From: an uncultured Rhodopirellula sp.
GTDB taxonomy: Bacteria; Planctomycetota; Planctomycetia; Pirellulales; Pirellulaceae
Assembly: GCA_964007735.1 (NCBI GenBank)
Contig: CAXGAI010000006.1
Coordinates: 1 to 64,000 of the forward strand
Reading direction: 5' to 3'
Length of the DNA stretch: 64,000 nucleotides
The position numbers and the translations under genes are program-made. Below, one piece after another: positions 1-9,895 of this stretch. A model generated the notes under the pieces. The model was given only the letters and a program-made list of their open reading frames with translations. It ran no database searches and was not told the DNA's origin. Position 1 is the stretch's first letter; each line of letters begins with the position of its first letter.

Positions 1-112
1 CTCTATAGTTCATAAGACTTTGTTTATTGATTGATAATTCAATATATTGTGTCCTATGAATGTCCAATAATTTGGTACCCATTAAAAAACATTGCTATAA
101 CTATCTTAAATA

Positions 113-140
113 TAAAACTGTACTGCCTTAAAGACAGTAC
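113..140 (-). terminator. Probable intrinsic terminator
   Basis: Minus strand gtactgtct-tta-aggcagtac stem-loop followed by a U-rich run, at the stop of the Gfo/Idh/MocA gene. Confidence 0.55.
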
Positions 141-1165
141 TACTTAGACTGAAGTTCCTTAATTCGCTTATCAACGTTAGCGGAAGCTTTTTCCATTACT
201 TCGGCAAGGGAAACGGGTACCCCGCCACGACGTTTCGACTCATCCGACGCTTCCATAAATGCATAGATTTCTAATGATTCGGCCGCATCTACAGGAGATT
301 TCCCAGTTCTGAAAAACTTCACAATATCCACTACCAACGGGGCGTATCCCTGATAGGGTCCAACTTCAGCCATTCCTTTTTCACCATAAGCGGTTCCACC
401 ATAGCCACCTTTATAGCCACGGATACCCCGGAACGCTCCAATTCGACCGCCCTTCCAAGTTCCAGTGACAAAGTCCGTATCTTCTGTGGATACCCGAACG
501 ACTTTTTCACAACCGGCTCCCATCACGGTAAATAATGCTTCGACACCATGAATACCATACCAGTAGAGGTCCGGATGGGACGGCTCGAGATGGGCGGGAC
601 TATAGGTTTCTGCTCCATGAACTTTTCCAATCGAACCGTTTCGAATTTCAACGGCACCTTTAGAGTAACGTAACGAAGAACTCGTAAAGACCGGGACCCC
701 TTTCTTCCCAGCATACTGATAGATCGCAATCGCATCCGTAAGGCTTGCTGAAACGGGTTTGTCAATAAATAGTGGCTTGCCCGCATCGATAACAGCAAGG
801 GCTTGTTCAAGGTGTGGCTTTCCGTCATTCGTCTCCAGTAACACGACGTCGACTTCAGCAAGTACCTCATCAATCGACGCGGCAATTTTGACTCCCATCT
901 CTTTCATCTGCTCTGTGTAACCCGGGATGCGTGAGTAGCTAGACTCGATATCCCGACTGCCATGAGGATAGGCGATGGTAACTTTACAGTTAGAAACGGC
1001 TGCAGACGCATCATCCGCATTCAAGACTTTGGTAAAAGCAATACTGTGCGAAGTATCCAGACCAATCATCCCGACTTTGAGTGAGATGGTATCTTCAGCT
1101 TCTGCCTGAAAGACGCTTATCGAAACGAGCACGAAGGCCACAAACAACTTGCTGCACTTATTCAT
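140..1165 (-). CDS. Gfo/Idh/MocA family oxidoreductase with signal peptide
   Basis: N-terminal Rossmann-like KVGMIGLDTSH, FIDKP motif, WYGIH; hydrophobic signal peptide ending AEA. Confidence 0.85.
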   Translation of the reverse strand: MNKCSKLFVAFVLVSISVFQAEAEDTISLKVGMIGLDTSHSIAFTKVLNADDASAAVSNCKVTIAYPHGSRDIESSYSRIPGYTEQMKEMGVKIAASIDEVLAEVDVVLLETNDGKPHLEQALAVIDAGKPLFIDKPVSASLTDAIAIYQYAGKKGVPVFTSSSLRYSKGAVEIRNGSIGKVHGAETYSPAHLEPSHPDLYWYGIHGVEALFTVMGAGCEKVVRVSTEDTDFVTGTWKGGRIGAFRGIRGYKGGYGGTAYGEKGMAEVGPYQGYAPLVVDIVKFFRTGKSPVDAAESLEIYAFMEASDESKRRGGVPVSLAEVMEKASANVDKRIKELQSK

Positions 1166-1242
1166 GAGTCCACCTTTTACCTATTGGAAACAAAGTATTC
1201 ATAGTTAATTATTTCATTGTACAACAGTGAAAAACGAACTGC

Positions 1243-2328
1243 TTATTTTGGCGCTTTGAAAACGCGGATGACGTGGTTATTTGTATCACCCACGTAAATA
1301 CGGCCTCGCAAGTCTATTCCAATGCCATGAGGGCGGCTCATTGTTGCTTCAACCGCTAAGCCTCCATCCCCAGAGAAACCCGCGACGCCGTTACCAGCAA
1401 CGGTTACGATTTTGTTTTGCACCAAATCAATTCGTCGAATCGCATGATTTTCTGTATCCACGACGAGAATTCGGCCTTGCTTGTCCACAACAATTCCCTT
1501 GGGACCATCAAACGTTGCTTTGATGGGGGAATCTCCATCACCGGAATACCCTTTGGCACCAGTCCCTGCAATATGCCACAATCTTCCATCAGAAAAGTCT
1601 AGTTTCCAAACACTGTGACCTTCCCGTAGAGCAATCCAAAGTATGTTATCGCGATAGAACAATGCACGTGGGCCAAGAATGGAATTGCCTTTTGCCAATT
1701 GACCATCCTGCGGTAAAAGTCGCTGATCATTTCCTGCGATCGATTGAATCATGCCTGATACTAAATCGACTTTACGAATACGATGATTTCCAATATCGGC
1801 GATATACAAATTACCTTTATTGTCGAGAGTGATACTATGAGGATTATTTAGTCTGGCGTTGATTGCCGGACCATCGTCTCCGCTAAGCCCTCTTTCACCC
1901 GTGCCTGCAACTGTTGAGATGATCTGAGTTTTAGCATCGACTTTACGAACCATGTGGTTTTTCATTTCGACGAAGTACATATCGCCATTGGCAGCAAATC
2001 TCACTTCGTAAGGTTCGTTCAACGCTGCTTCGATCGCCAATCCGCCATCACGTGTCAGGCCTTTTTTTCCATTTCCGGCCACCGTTCGAACTTTACCGGT
2101 TTTGGGTAAATATTTAATCACTCGGTGGTTTTCCACTTCCGTGATGTACATTGCTCCCCGCGGACCAACTTCAACACCAAACGGCTGTCCGATATTAACC
2201 GAATTGGCAGACCCGAAATCGCCATTATTCACTGGTCTACCTGTCCCAATTGCTGAATCAATCTTTTCGGCGGCGGCCAGTGGCAACACAAACATCATCA
2301 ACAAACCAGTGATAACCGTGTGAAACAT
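1243..2328 (-). CDS. Secreted NHL-repeat beta-propeller protein
   Basis: Repeated GxxGxxGDGGxAxxAxLxxPxxIxxDxxGxxYIADxxNHxIR units; start placed at MFHTV (2328) after the AGGAG RBS; signal peptide. Confidence 0.85.
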   Translation of the reverse strand: MFHTVITGLLMMFVLPLAAAEKIDSAIGTGRPVNNGDFGSANSVNIGQPFGVEVGPRGAMYITEVENHRVIKYLPKTGKVRTVAGNGKKGLTRDGGLAIEAALNEPYEVRFAANGDMYFVEMKNHMVRKVDAKTQIISTVAGTGERGLSGDDGPAINARLNNPHSITLDNKGNLYIADIGNHRIRKVDLVSGMIQSIAGNDQRLLPQDGQLAKGNSILGPRALFYRDNILWIALREGHSVWKLDFSDGRLWHIAGTGAKGYSGDGDSPIKATFDGPKGIVVDKQGRILVVDTENHAIRRIDLVQNKIVTVAGNGVAGFSGDGGLAVEATMSRPHGIGIDLRGRIYVGDTNNHVIRVFKAPK

Positions 2329-2465
2329 CGTTTGTTCTCCTTTTAACTGACTGCATTGTACCCGATCGACAAACGTTAACACCTCTTGGCATACTTGAGT
2401 TTAGATATCAAGAGTGCTAGGTTGGAAACTTAGCCTTTATTAAACACAAAAGAGGAAGCATACAC

Positions 2466-3194
2466 ATGGCTGTAACACAGGAAGTATTAGACAAGCTCGC
2501 GGAATTTGATTCGCCGACGATCTGTAACGTCATCGAGTTATTTGAAGTTCGTCCGCGTAATACGGGCTATATGGATGGACGTATTAAGTCGAACTTCCCT
2601 GATTTCAAACCCATGGTCGGTTATGCAAGCACAGCATGTTTTCGCTCGGATGCTCCCCCAGCCGGTGGAGACGCCTACGGCAGCCTGCAGGCACAACTAG
2701 CTCAATTCGAAGAGTTACCTGGCCCGGCGGTTGTCGTTTTTGAAGATATCGATGATCCGCCAGTTTCCGCCGTATTCGGTGAAGTTATGTGTAGCACCTA
2801 TCAAGCATATGGCTCTGCCGGGTTAGTAACCAATGGTGGTGGTCGTGACCTGGAACAAGTTAAAGCTTTGGGGTACCCGGTCTTTACGGGAAATACGATT
2901 GTGTCTCACGGGTACTGCCATATGCTGCACCTCGGCTTGCCGATACGCGTAGGTGGCTTGATGGTCAACCAGGGTGATCTACTGCATGGCGATGCGAATG
3001 GGGTGACAAATATTCCAATCGACCTGGTAACCGAAGTTGCTGACATCACTGAAGAATTTCTGGCCGCTGAGGATATTATTATGGATTATGTAAAATCAAC
3101 GGAGGAGAAGACGGTGGCTGGATTCACTGAACGCCGTGTAGAATTTCAGGACGTTGTGGCTAAACTCAAAGCACGAGTTTCCCGCGCATCCTAG
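2466..3194 (+). CDS. RraA family protein (HMG/CHA aldolase-like)
   Basis: SPTICN, FGEVM, GLVTNGGGRD and GDLLHGDANGV motifs of the RraA-like fold. Confidence 0.85.
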   Translation: MAVTQEVLDKLAEFDSPTICNVIELFEVRPRNTGYMDGRIKSNFPDFKPMVGYASTACFRSDAPPAGGDAYGSLQAQLAQFEELPGPAVVVFEDIDDPPVSAVFGEVMCSTYQAYGSAGLVTNGGGRDLEQVKALGYPVFTGNTIVSHGYCHMLHLGLPIRVGGLMVNQGDLLHGDANGVTNIPIDLVTEVADITEEFLAAEDIIMDYVKSTEEKTVAGFTERRVEFQDVVAKLKARVSRAS

Positions 3195-3242
3195 TCCTCT
3201 CGATACCGATTCTCAACTGGCTTGACCATCAGGAGTAAGCAG

Positions 3243-4655
3243 ATGACTCCAGCAGAAGTTCTAAGGTTATGTCGCGAAAACGACGTCAAAGCAGTCGACT
3301 TAAGATTTGTTGACTTGCTCGGCACTTGGCATCACACAACCATCCCCGTAAAAAAACTTGACGAAGATGTCTTTGAGGATGGATTGGGATTTGATGGTTC
3401 CAGTATCCGGGGCTGGCAAGCAATCAATGAGAGCGATATGTTGATGATTCCACAATCGGATACCGCTTTTGTGGATCCGTTTACGGAATTACCAACTCTG
3501 AATTTGATTTGTAACATTCAGGATCCAATTACGGGGGAAGATTACTCCAAAGATCCGCGACATGTTGCCAACAAAGCCGCTAACTACCTGACTGCTACCG
3601 GTATTGCGGATGTCGCTTACTTCGGACCCGAAGCTGAATTCTTTATCTTTGATGACGTCCGCTATAAACAAGCTGCTAATGAAGCCTTCTTTTCTGTTGA
3701 TTCGGTGGAAGCGGCCTGGAATACCGGCAAAAATGAGGCTCCCAATCTGGCGAACAAGGTACGTCAGAAGGGAGGTTACTTTCCAGTCCCGCCTACCGAT
3801 CACCTAATGGATATTCGCAATCAAATGATGCGAACGATGATCAAATGTGGTCTGGACGTCGAATGCCAGCATCACGAAGTTGGTACAGCAGGACAATCTG
3901 AGATCGATCTAAAATACGATCAACTGGTCACCATGGCTGATCAGGTCATGATCTACAAATATATCGTTCGCAATGTGGCTCGAGCTCACAACAAAACAGC
4001 CACCTTTATGCCTAAGCCGATTTATGGTGACAACGGCTCTGGAATGCATACACATCTTTCTTTGTGGAAAGACAATGAACCGTTATTTGCAGGGACTGGT
4101 TACGCTGGCCTCAGTGACACGGCTTTACATGCGATTGGTGGCATCTTACGACACGCCGGAGCTCTACTTGCGTTTACCAATCCTACGATAAATAGTTACA
4201 AACGGCTTGTTCCGGGCTACGAAGCTCCGGTCAATCTGGCATACTCTCAACGCAACCGTTCCGCGGCATGTCGTATTCCGGTATACAGCAACAACCCTCA
4301 GTCCAAACGACTTGAATTCCGTTGTCCGGACCCAAGTTGCAATCCTTATTTGGCTTTTGCAGCAATTCTCATGGCCGCTATCGATGGAATTCAGAACAAG
4401 CTGTCTCCCGGTGAACCGCTAGACGCCGATATCTACTCTCTGGATCCGGAAGAACATGGCGAAATCCAGCAAACTCCGGCAAATTTGGAACAGGCGTTAA
4501 CAGCATTAGCAGTGGACCACGACTTCCTGTTGAGAGATGACGTGTTTACTTCTGACCTGATCGAAACCTGGATTAGCTACAAAATGCGTGAAGAAGTGGA
4601 AGCCATTCAGTTGCGACCGCATCCGTATGAATTCGATCTCTACTACGATTGCTAA
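3243..4655 (+). CDS. glnA: Glutamine synthetase type I
   Basis: [33 protein letters not shown] and RLEFRCPD motifs; ATG 3243 follows AGGAG; Tyr retained in DIYSL (adenylylation-site region). Confidence 0.95.
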   Translation: MTPAEVLRLCRENDVKAVDLRFVDLLGTWHHTTIPVKKLDEDVFEDGLGFDGSSIRGWQAINESDMLMIPQSDTAFVDPFTELPTLNLICNIQDPITGEDYSKDPRHVANKAANYLTATGIADVAYFGPEAEFFIFDDVRYKQAANEAFFSVDSVEAAWNTGKNEAPNLANKVRQKGGYFPVPPTDHLMDIRNQMMRTMIKCGLDVECQHHEVGTAGQSEIDLKYDQLVTMADQVMIYKYIVRNVARAHNKTATFMPKPIYGDNGSGMHTHLSLWKDNEPLFAGTGYAGLSDTALHAIGGILRHAGALLAFTNPTINSYKRLVPGYEAPVNLAYSQRNRSAACRIPVYSNNPQSKRLEFRCPDPSCNPYLAFAAILMAAIDGIQNKLSPGEPLDADIYSLDPEEHGEIQQTPANLEQALTALAVDHDFLLRDDVFTSDLIETWISYKMREEVEAIQLRPHPYEFDLYYDC

Positions 4656-4676
4656 GGCATTCCTGAGAAAACAGAA

Positions 4677-6605
4677 CTATGCCAAGATGTCCCGTTCTTC
4701 GAGCAATCCGATGATACGGTCAACACACTCGTCTACCGATAGAACCGCGGTGTTAAGCTTCAATGCCGGGTCTGCCGGGCTCTCATATTCGGAACTAACG
4801 CCCGGAAAATTGACAATTTCACCAGCGTCTGCTTTCGCATACATCCCTTGATCATCTCGTTCCCGACAAATGTCTATCGGAGCATCGAGATGTATAACCA
4901 TAAACTGCTCTTCCCCAATCGAATGTGCGGCTTTCTGACGGACATCTTCACTGGGGGCAACGAACGCGCAAATAGCAATCAGCCCTGCTCCATTCATAAG
5001 CTTTGCGACTTCCGAACTACGGCGTAAGTTCTCGCTTCGCTGCTCGGCTGTAAATCCCAGTTCTTTCGTCAATCCACGACGTATATTCACCCCATCGAGT
5101 ACCGCCGAGGCGCGACCCATATCAAATAGCCTTCTTTCCAGCGCATAAGCCACCGAAGTCTTACCTGAACCAGTTAAACCCGTAATCAGCAGAGAAACCG
5201 CCTTTTGACCAAACCGAGCTTCACGTTCTTCCGCCGTCACACTGCCGCGTTTTTCACTTTGCTCGCTTTCCACACTCCACAGATCGTCTGCTTCATCTTC
5301 GCTATCACGATCGATGATCATCCCCGCGGCCACCGTTACATTCGTGATGCGGTCCACCACGATGAACGCTCCGGTTCCACGATTCTTTTTATAGCTATCA
5401 AATATAACCGGTTCGCTAAGTGAAAGAGCCACACGCCCAATTTCATTAAGTTGTACGGTCGGAGCATCCTGTCGGTGCAATGTATTGACATCAACCTGAT
5501 ACCGTAAAGTGGTGATCGTACCCGTTGCAACTTTAGTTGTTTGCTTAAATAGGTACTGTTTACCGGGAACCATCGCTTCGTCAGACATCCAAACCAACAT
5601 CGCATCAAGCTTTTGCCGCTGCTTCGGTACATTACCCGGCCGTACAATCATATCTCCACGAGAACAGTCGATTTCATCTTCCAGCGTCAACGTGACAGAT
5701 AACGGTGCATGTGCTTCTTCTAACTTGCCATCAAAGGTAACAATCTCTTTCACCTTACTGGTCTTACGTGAAGGCAGGACCATCACCTCGTCCCCCTTCC
5801 GGATAATGCCTGAAGCGACCGTGCCACTAAATCCACGGAAATCAAGATTAGGACGCAACACGTACTGAACCGGAAAGCGAAAGTCCTGCAGGTTCTTATC
5901 AGAACCGATGTAAACGGTTTCCAAGAAATTCATTAGTGTTGATCCGTTGTGCCAGGCCATATTCTGACTGGGATCTACCACATTGTCGCCCATCAATGCT
6001 GAAATGGGAATGAAGTGCAGGTCGGGAATATCCAAGCGCGAAGCAAACTGCTTGTACTCATCACGAATCTCTTCGAATCTTTCCTGTTTAAAATCGACCA
6101 GATCCATTTTGTTGATAGCAACCAAAACGTGCTTAATACCTAATAACGACACAATGAAGCTGTGACGTTTGGTTTGTGTCAGCACACCATGACGAGCGTC
6201 GACAAGAATGATGGCCAGATCAGCTGTCGAAGCTCCTGTCGCCATGTTTCGCGTGTATTGTTCGTGACCCGGAGTATCAGCGATAATAAACTTACGTTTT
6301 TGGGTGGAGAAGTAACGATACGCTACGTCGATCGTAATCCCCTGCTCTCGCTCTGCCTTGAGGCCGTCCGTAAGCAATGCGGGATCAAAATCACCGCCGG
6401 TTGTTCCGTGCACGGCACTATCTTTTTTCAACTTTGCCAAATGATCTTCGTAGATCATTTTAGAGTCGTAAAGCAGACGGCCAATTAGTGTGCTTTTACC
6501 ATCATCGACACTACCACAGGTAATAAAACGCAAAAGTTCCTTACGTTCATGCTGCTCAAGGTAGGCATTAATGTCGGTTGCAATAAGATCTGATTGATGA
6601 CTCAT
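4677..6605 (-). CDS. cysNC: Sulfate adenylyltransferase subunit 1 fused to an APS kinase(-like) domain (CysNC)
   Basis: [23 protein letters not shown] and NKMD GTPase motifs; C-terminal P-loop GLTGSGKT. Confidence 0.95.
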   Translation of the reverse strand: MSHQSDLIATDINAYLEQHERKELLRFITCGSVDDGKSTLIGRLLYDSKMIYEDHLAKLKKDSAVHGTTGGDFDPALLTDGLKAEREQGITIDVAYRYFSTQKRKFIIADTPGHEQYTRNMATGASTADLAIILVDARHGVLTQTKRHSFIVSLLGIKHVLVAINKMDLVDFKQERFEEIRDEYKQFASRLDIPDLHFIPISALMGDNVVDPSQNMAWHNGSTLMNFLETVYIGSDKNLQDFRFPVQYVLRPNLDFRGFSGTVASGIIRKGDEVMVLPSRKTSKVKEIVTFDGKLEEAHAPLSVTLTLEDEIDCSRGDMIVRPGNVPKQRQKLDAMLVWMSDEAMVPGKQYLFKQTTKVATGTITTLRYQVDVNTLHRQDAPTVQLNEIGRVALSLSEPVIFDSYKKNRGTGAFIVVDRITNVTVAAGMIIDRDSEDEADDLWSVESEQSEKRGSVTAEEREARFGQKAVSLLITGLTGSGKTSVAYALERRLFDMGRASAVLDGVNIRRGLTKELGFTAEQRSENLRRSSEVAKLMNGAGLIAICAFVAPSEDVRQKAAHSIGEEQFMVIHLDAPIDICRERDDQGMYAKADAGEIVNFPGVSSEYESPADPALKLNTAVLSVDECVDRIIGLLEERDILA

Positions 6606-6617
6606 AGATTTACCGGT

Positions 6618-7526
6618 TTAGAAATAACCTTCCTTCTTCTTATCTTCCATACTGCCTTCTTCGTCATTATCGATCACTCGTCCCTGACGTTCGGAAGTAG
6701 TCGCCAGTAACATTTCCTGAATGATCTCGGGCAATGTCCTAGCGCTCGATTCAACAGCACCCGTTAGAGGGTAGCAGCCCAGAGTGCGGAAGCGCACTTC
6801 CTTCATCATGGGCGTTTCACCTTCTTTGAGCTTAAGACGGTCATCATCTACCAAGATCAGAATGCCGTCACGCTCCACCACAGGACGAGTTTCGGCAAAA
6901 TAAAGTGGTACAATAGGAATACTTTCCAAATGGATGTACTGCCAAATATCCAACTCTGTCCAGTTCGACAAAGGAAAGACACGGATGCTTTCACCTTTAT
7001 TCACTCGCGTGTTATAGAGGTTCCACAACTCTGGACGTTGATTCTTTGGATCCCAGCGGTGAAATTCGTCACGGAAAGAGAAAACTCGTTCTTTCGCCCG
7101 AGACTTCTCTTCGTCACGTCGGGCACCGCCGAAAGCAGCATCAAACTTGTATTGATTCAAAGCCTGTTTCAGACCTTCAGTCTTCATCACGGTGGTGTGC
7201 TTACCACTGTTCTTAAGAGGATCAAGACCGAGCTTGACGCCTTCTTCATTAATGTGAACCAGTACGTCTAACCCTAGTTCTTTACGAGCGTATTCCTCTC
7301 GGAACTGAATCATCTCTCGAAATTTCCAGGTCGTATCTACGTGTAGTAGTGGAAACGGTGGTTTCGCCGGATAGAACGCTTTCATCGCTAAATGAACCAT
7401 TACTGACGAATCTTTTCCAACCGAATACAACATGACCGGATTATCAAATTCAGCCGCTACTTCACGAATAATGTGAATACTTTCGGCTTCCAGTTGTTTG
7501 AGGTGAGTTAGGTTATAGCCACTCAT
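6618..7526 (-). CDS. cysD: Sulfate adenylyltransferase subunit 2
   Basis: [31 protein letters not shown] and KKKEGYF motifs; directly upstream of cysNC. Confidence 0.97.
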   Translation of the reverse strand: MSGYNLTHLKQLEAESIHIIREVAAEFDNPVMLYSVGKDSSVMVHLAMKAFYPAKPPFPLLHVDTTWKFREMIQFREEYARKELGLDVLVHINEEGVKLGLDPLKNSGKHTTVMKTEGLKQALNQYKFDAAFGGARRDEEKSRAKERVFSFRDEFHRWDPKNQRPELWNLYNTRVNKGESIRVFPLSNWTELDIWQYIHLESIPIVPLYFAETRPVVERDGILILVDDDRLKLKEGETPMMKEVRFRTLGCYPLTGAVESSARTLPEIIQEMLLATTSERQGRVIDNDEEGSMEDKKKEGYF

Positions 7527-7749
7527 TCCAATTCACTTTTCTAACAGTTTCAGTTCCCGTCAGGAGTCCACTAACGTCAAGAACGATTAAGGTAGGAACT
7601 TTTTAGTTTAGGTCAATATCTCAATTTCGTCTATGAGCGATTCCGCCTACCAAAGACTCACAATTACACGTTTTGCGCCTTGGCTGGCACCTAAAGTCGG
7701 AATGTGCGGAATCTGTGGATAATGCTGCTAGGACGATCGACCACTAAAA

Positions 7750-8433
7750 CTATTCGGCGTGAGGTGGTTCCTCTTTCATGGCAAACCAGAGCTTCAGAAT
7801 ATGGCTCTCCGATTCCGTGCCAATCATGGGGTAGGAATGGATTTTTCGCAATTTCACGTTCTGCATATATCCACGATGACGAGCCTCTTTACGTTCCTCC
7901 GGCCAGTTAGGACCTTTAATGGTGAGCAACTGTCCAAAAAGATGCCAATGCGGTTGAAGCCACAACCCTAATTTCCATAAAGGACCTACCGCGCGGCAGA
8001 CCAAAATGTCGTAATTAAGGTCTTCAAGTAACTTTTCAACGCGGACATTCATCACAGGAACCGGCAGGCCTATTTTTTGCACCATATCGTCTACAGCAGA
8101 AGCTTTCTTACCTACTGATTCGCACAGGGAAACCTGTAAATCCGGACGAATAATGGCCAATGGTACGCCTGGCACTCCGCCACCCGTACCAAAATCCAGA
8201 ACTTCCATTCCTGTATCAATCTGCTCAGCAAGCTCGAGTGTATCCACAAGATCTCGAGAGACAAATCGGTCGTAATCGGTATGACGCGTAAGATTCATGC
8301 GTTCATTCCATTGCCAAAGCAACTCGCAGTAATCCCGCAGCATTTCAATTTGGTAGCCTTCCATAGAAAGCTCGTATTTCTCGAGTGCTTCCTCTAAGGT
8401 GTGGGAAGCAGGTTCGGGAGCTGATTCGGTCAC
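7750..8433 (-). CDS. rsmG: 16S rRNA (guanine527-N7)-methyltransferase
   Basis: WNERMNLT, LDFGTGGGVPG, ESVGKK and CRAV motifs. Confidence 0.9.
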   Translation of the reverse strand: MTESAPEPASHTLEEALEKYELSMEGYQIEMLRDYCELLWQWNERMNLTRHTDYDRFVSRDLVDTLELAEQIDTGMEVLDFGTGGGVPGVPLAIIRPDLQVSLCESVGKKASAVDDMVQKIGLPVPVMNVRVEKLLEDLNYDILVCRAVGPLWKLGLWLQPHWHLFGQLLTIKGPNWPEERKEARHRGYMQNVKLRKIHSYPMIGTESESHILKLWFAMKEEPPHAE

Positions 8434-8525
8434 GGTGACTCCAATTGAATTGTGAAATGAAAACTAATTTCGATGTGTGCATAAACAGCAAACGTGTACA
8501 TGATCAATCTAACCACGCTCACGAG

Positions 8526-8563
8526 AAAAGGGCGTAACCGCCATCAAAGCAGTCACGCCCTTT
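8526..8563 (-). terminator. Intrinsic terminator of glnII
   Basis: Minus strand gggcgtgactgc-tttgatg-gcggttacgccc followed by tttt. Confidence 0.75.
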
Positions 8564-8603
8564 AGTTATCGGTTGAAGCAGGTATCCTGCTTCAGGGTAT
8601 TGG

Positions 8604-9614
8604 TTAACCCTGTCCCGCCTCTTTACAGGTCTTAATGATTGCAGCTGCAACCTTGTATGGATCCGCATTAGAAGCCGGACGACGGTCTTCGAGTCGACCT
8701 TTCCAGCCGTCTTCAATCGTACCAACGGGGATACGAATAGAAGCACCACGGTCAGAAACACCATAGCTGAATTTATCGATGGACTGTGTTTCGTGCTCAC
8801 CGGTCAAACGCTGATCGTTGTCAGCACCATAGACACTGATATGTCGTTCGATATGCTTGGCAAATTCTTCACAAATGGCGGTGAAAACGGCTTCATCGCC
8901 AGACTCACGCATAGGACCATTAGAGAAATTAGCGTGCATGCCGGAACCGTTCCAATCAGTTCGTCCCAATGGCTTTGGATGCCAATCGATAGCATATCCA
9001 TATTTTTCACCAGCACGCTCAAGCAGGTAACGAGCAACCCAAATTTGGTCGCCAGCGTCTGCAGCACCTTTAGCAAAAATCTGGAACTCCCATTGTCCAG
9101 CCGCCACTTCCGCATTGATACCTTCAACGTTTAAGCCAGCTTCAAGACAAGCGTCAAGATGTTCTTCGACACAGTCACGGCCGTACGCGTTAGATGCACC
9201 TACCGAACAGTAGTAGGGGCCTTGTGGACGAGGGAAGCCACCTTCAGGGAATCCCGGAGGGCGATTGATCAGTGTGTCCCACAGGAAGTATTCCTGTTCG
9301 AAACCGAACCAGTAATCATTGTCATCATCTTCGATCGTCGCACGACCGTTTGATGCATGAGCTGTACCGTCAGCATTTAATACCTCCGTCATGACGAGGT
9401 AAGCATCTTTTCGCTGAGGGTCCGGATAAATAGCAACAGGCTTCAGTAAGCAATCAGACGCGCCTCCTTCAGCTTGTTCTGTTGAACTACCGTCAAAGGA
9501 CCACATTGGGCATTCTTCGAGTGTTCCACCGAAATCTTTTCGGATCTGTGTTTTTGAACGAAGGCTCTGAGTTGGTTGATATCCGTCGAGCCAGATGTAT
9601 TCAAGTTTGGCCAT
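8604..9614 (-). CDS. glnII: Glutamine synthetase type II (eukaryote-like, 336 aa)
   Basis: LEYIWLDG, WSFDGSST, GFEQEY, GINAEV, QWEFQ, DWNGSGMH and LEDRRPASN motifs. Confidence 0.93.
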   Translation of the reverse strand: MAKLEYIWLDGYQPTQSLRSKTQIRKDFGGTLEECPMWSFDGSSTEQAEGGASDCLLKPVAIYPDPQRKDAYLVMTEVLNADGTAHASNGRATIEDDDNDYWFGFEQEYFLWDTLINRPPGFPEGGFPRPQGPYYCSVGASNAYGRDCVEEHLDACLEAGLNVEGINAEVAAGQWEFQIFAKGAADAGDQIWVARYLLERAGEKYGYAIDWHPKPLGRTDWNGSGMHANFSNGPMRESGDEAVFTAICEEFAKHIERHISVYGADNDQRLTGEHETQSIDKFSYGVSDRGASIRIPVGTIEDGWKGRLEDRRPASNADPYKVAAAIIKTCKEAGQG

Positions 9615-9895
9615 TTCTAAGTAAACTCCGACATAAAAAAACTACTCAACTATTTCCCGCTCCGCCTAAAGTGCGACAAATAGCTGCGATTCTAACTTTA
9701 CACCACTGCAACCAGAGTTGAATCTATCAACATCTTCTAATGAAGCAGTGGTAACTAAAGCAGGAACATAGTCCTTTTTTACACCAAAGAATTGAGACTG
9801 TCACCTAGTGAGATGCCAAGATTTCGCTGTTTGTTGAATTGAGCAAACCGGCGAATTTGAAGATAATGCGGTAACGCAAGTTAGTTACTTTGCCA

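Noticed and set aside
61..85. IS3-like terminal inverted repeat (tgtccaataatttggtaccc)
   Set aside because: Only a loose resemblance, with no partner repeat or transposase in the window
9801..9820. Sigma54 promoter for glnII (TGGCAT on the minus strand)
   Set aside because: The -12 TTGC element is missing (reads TAGG)
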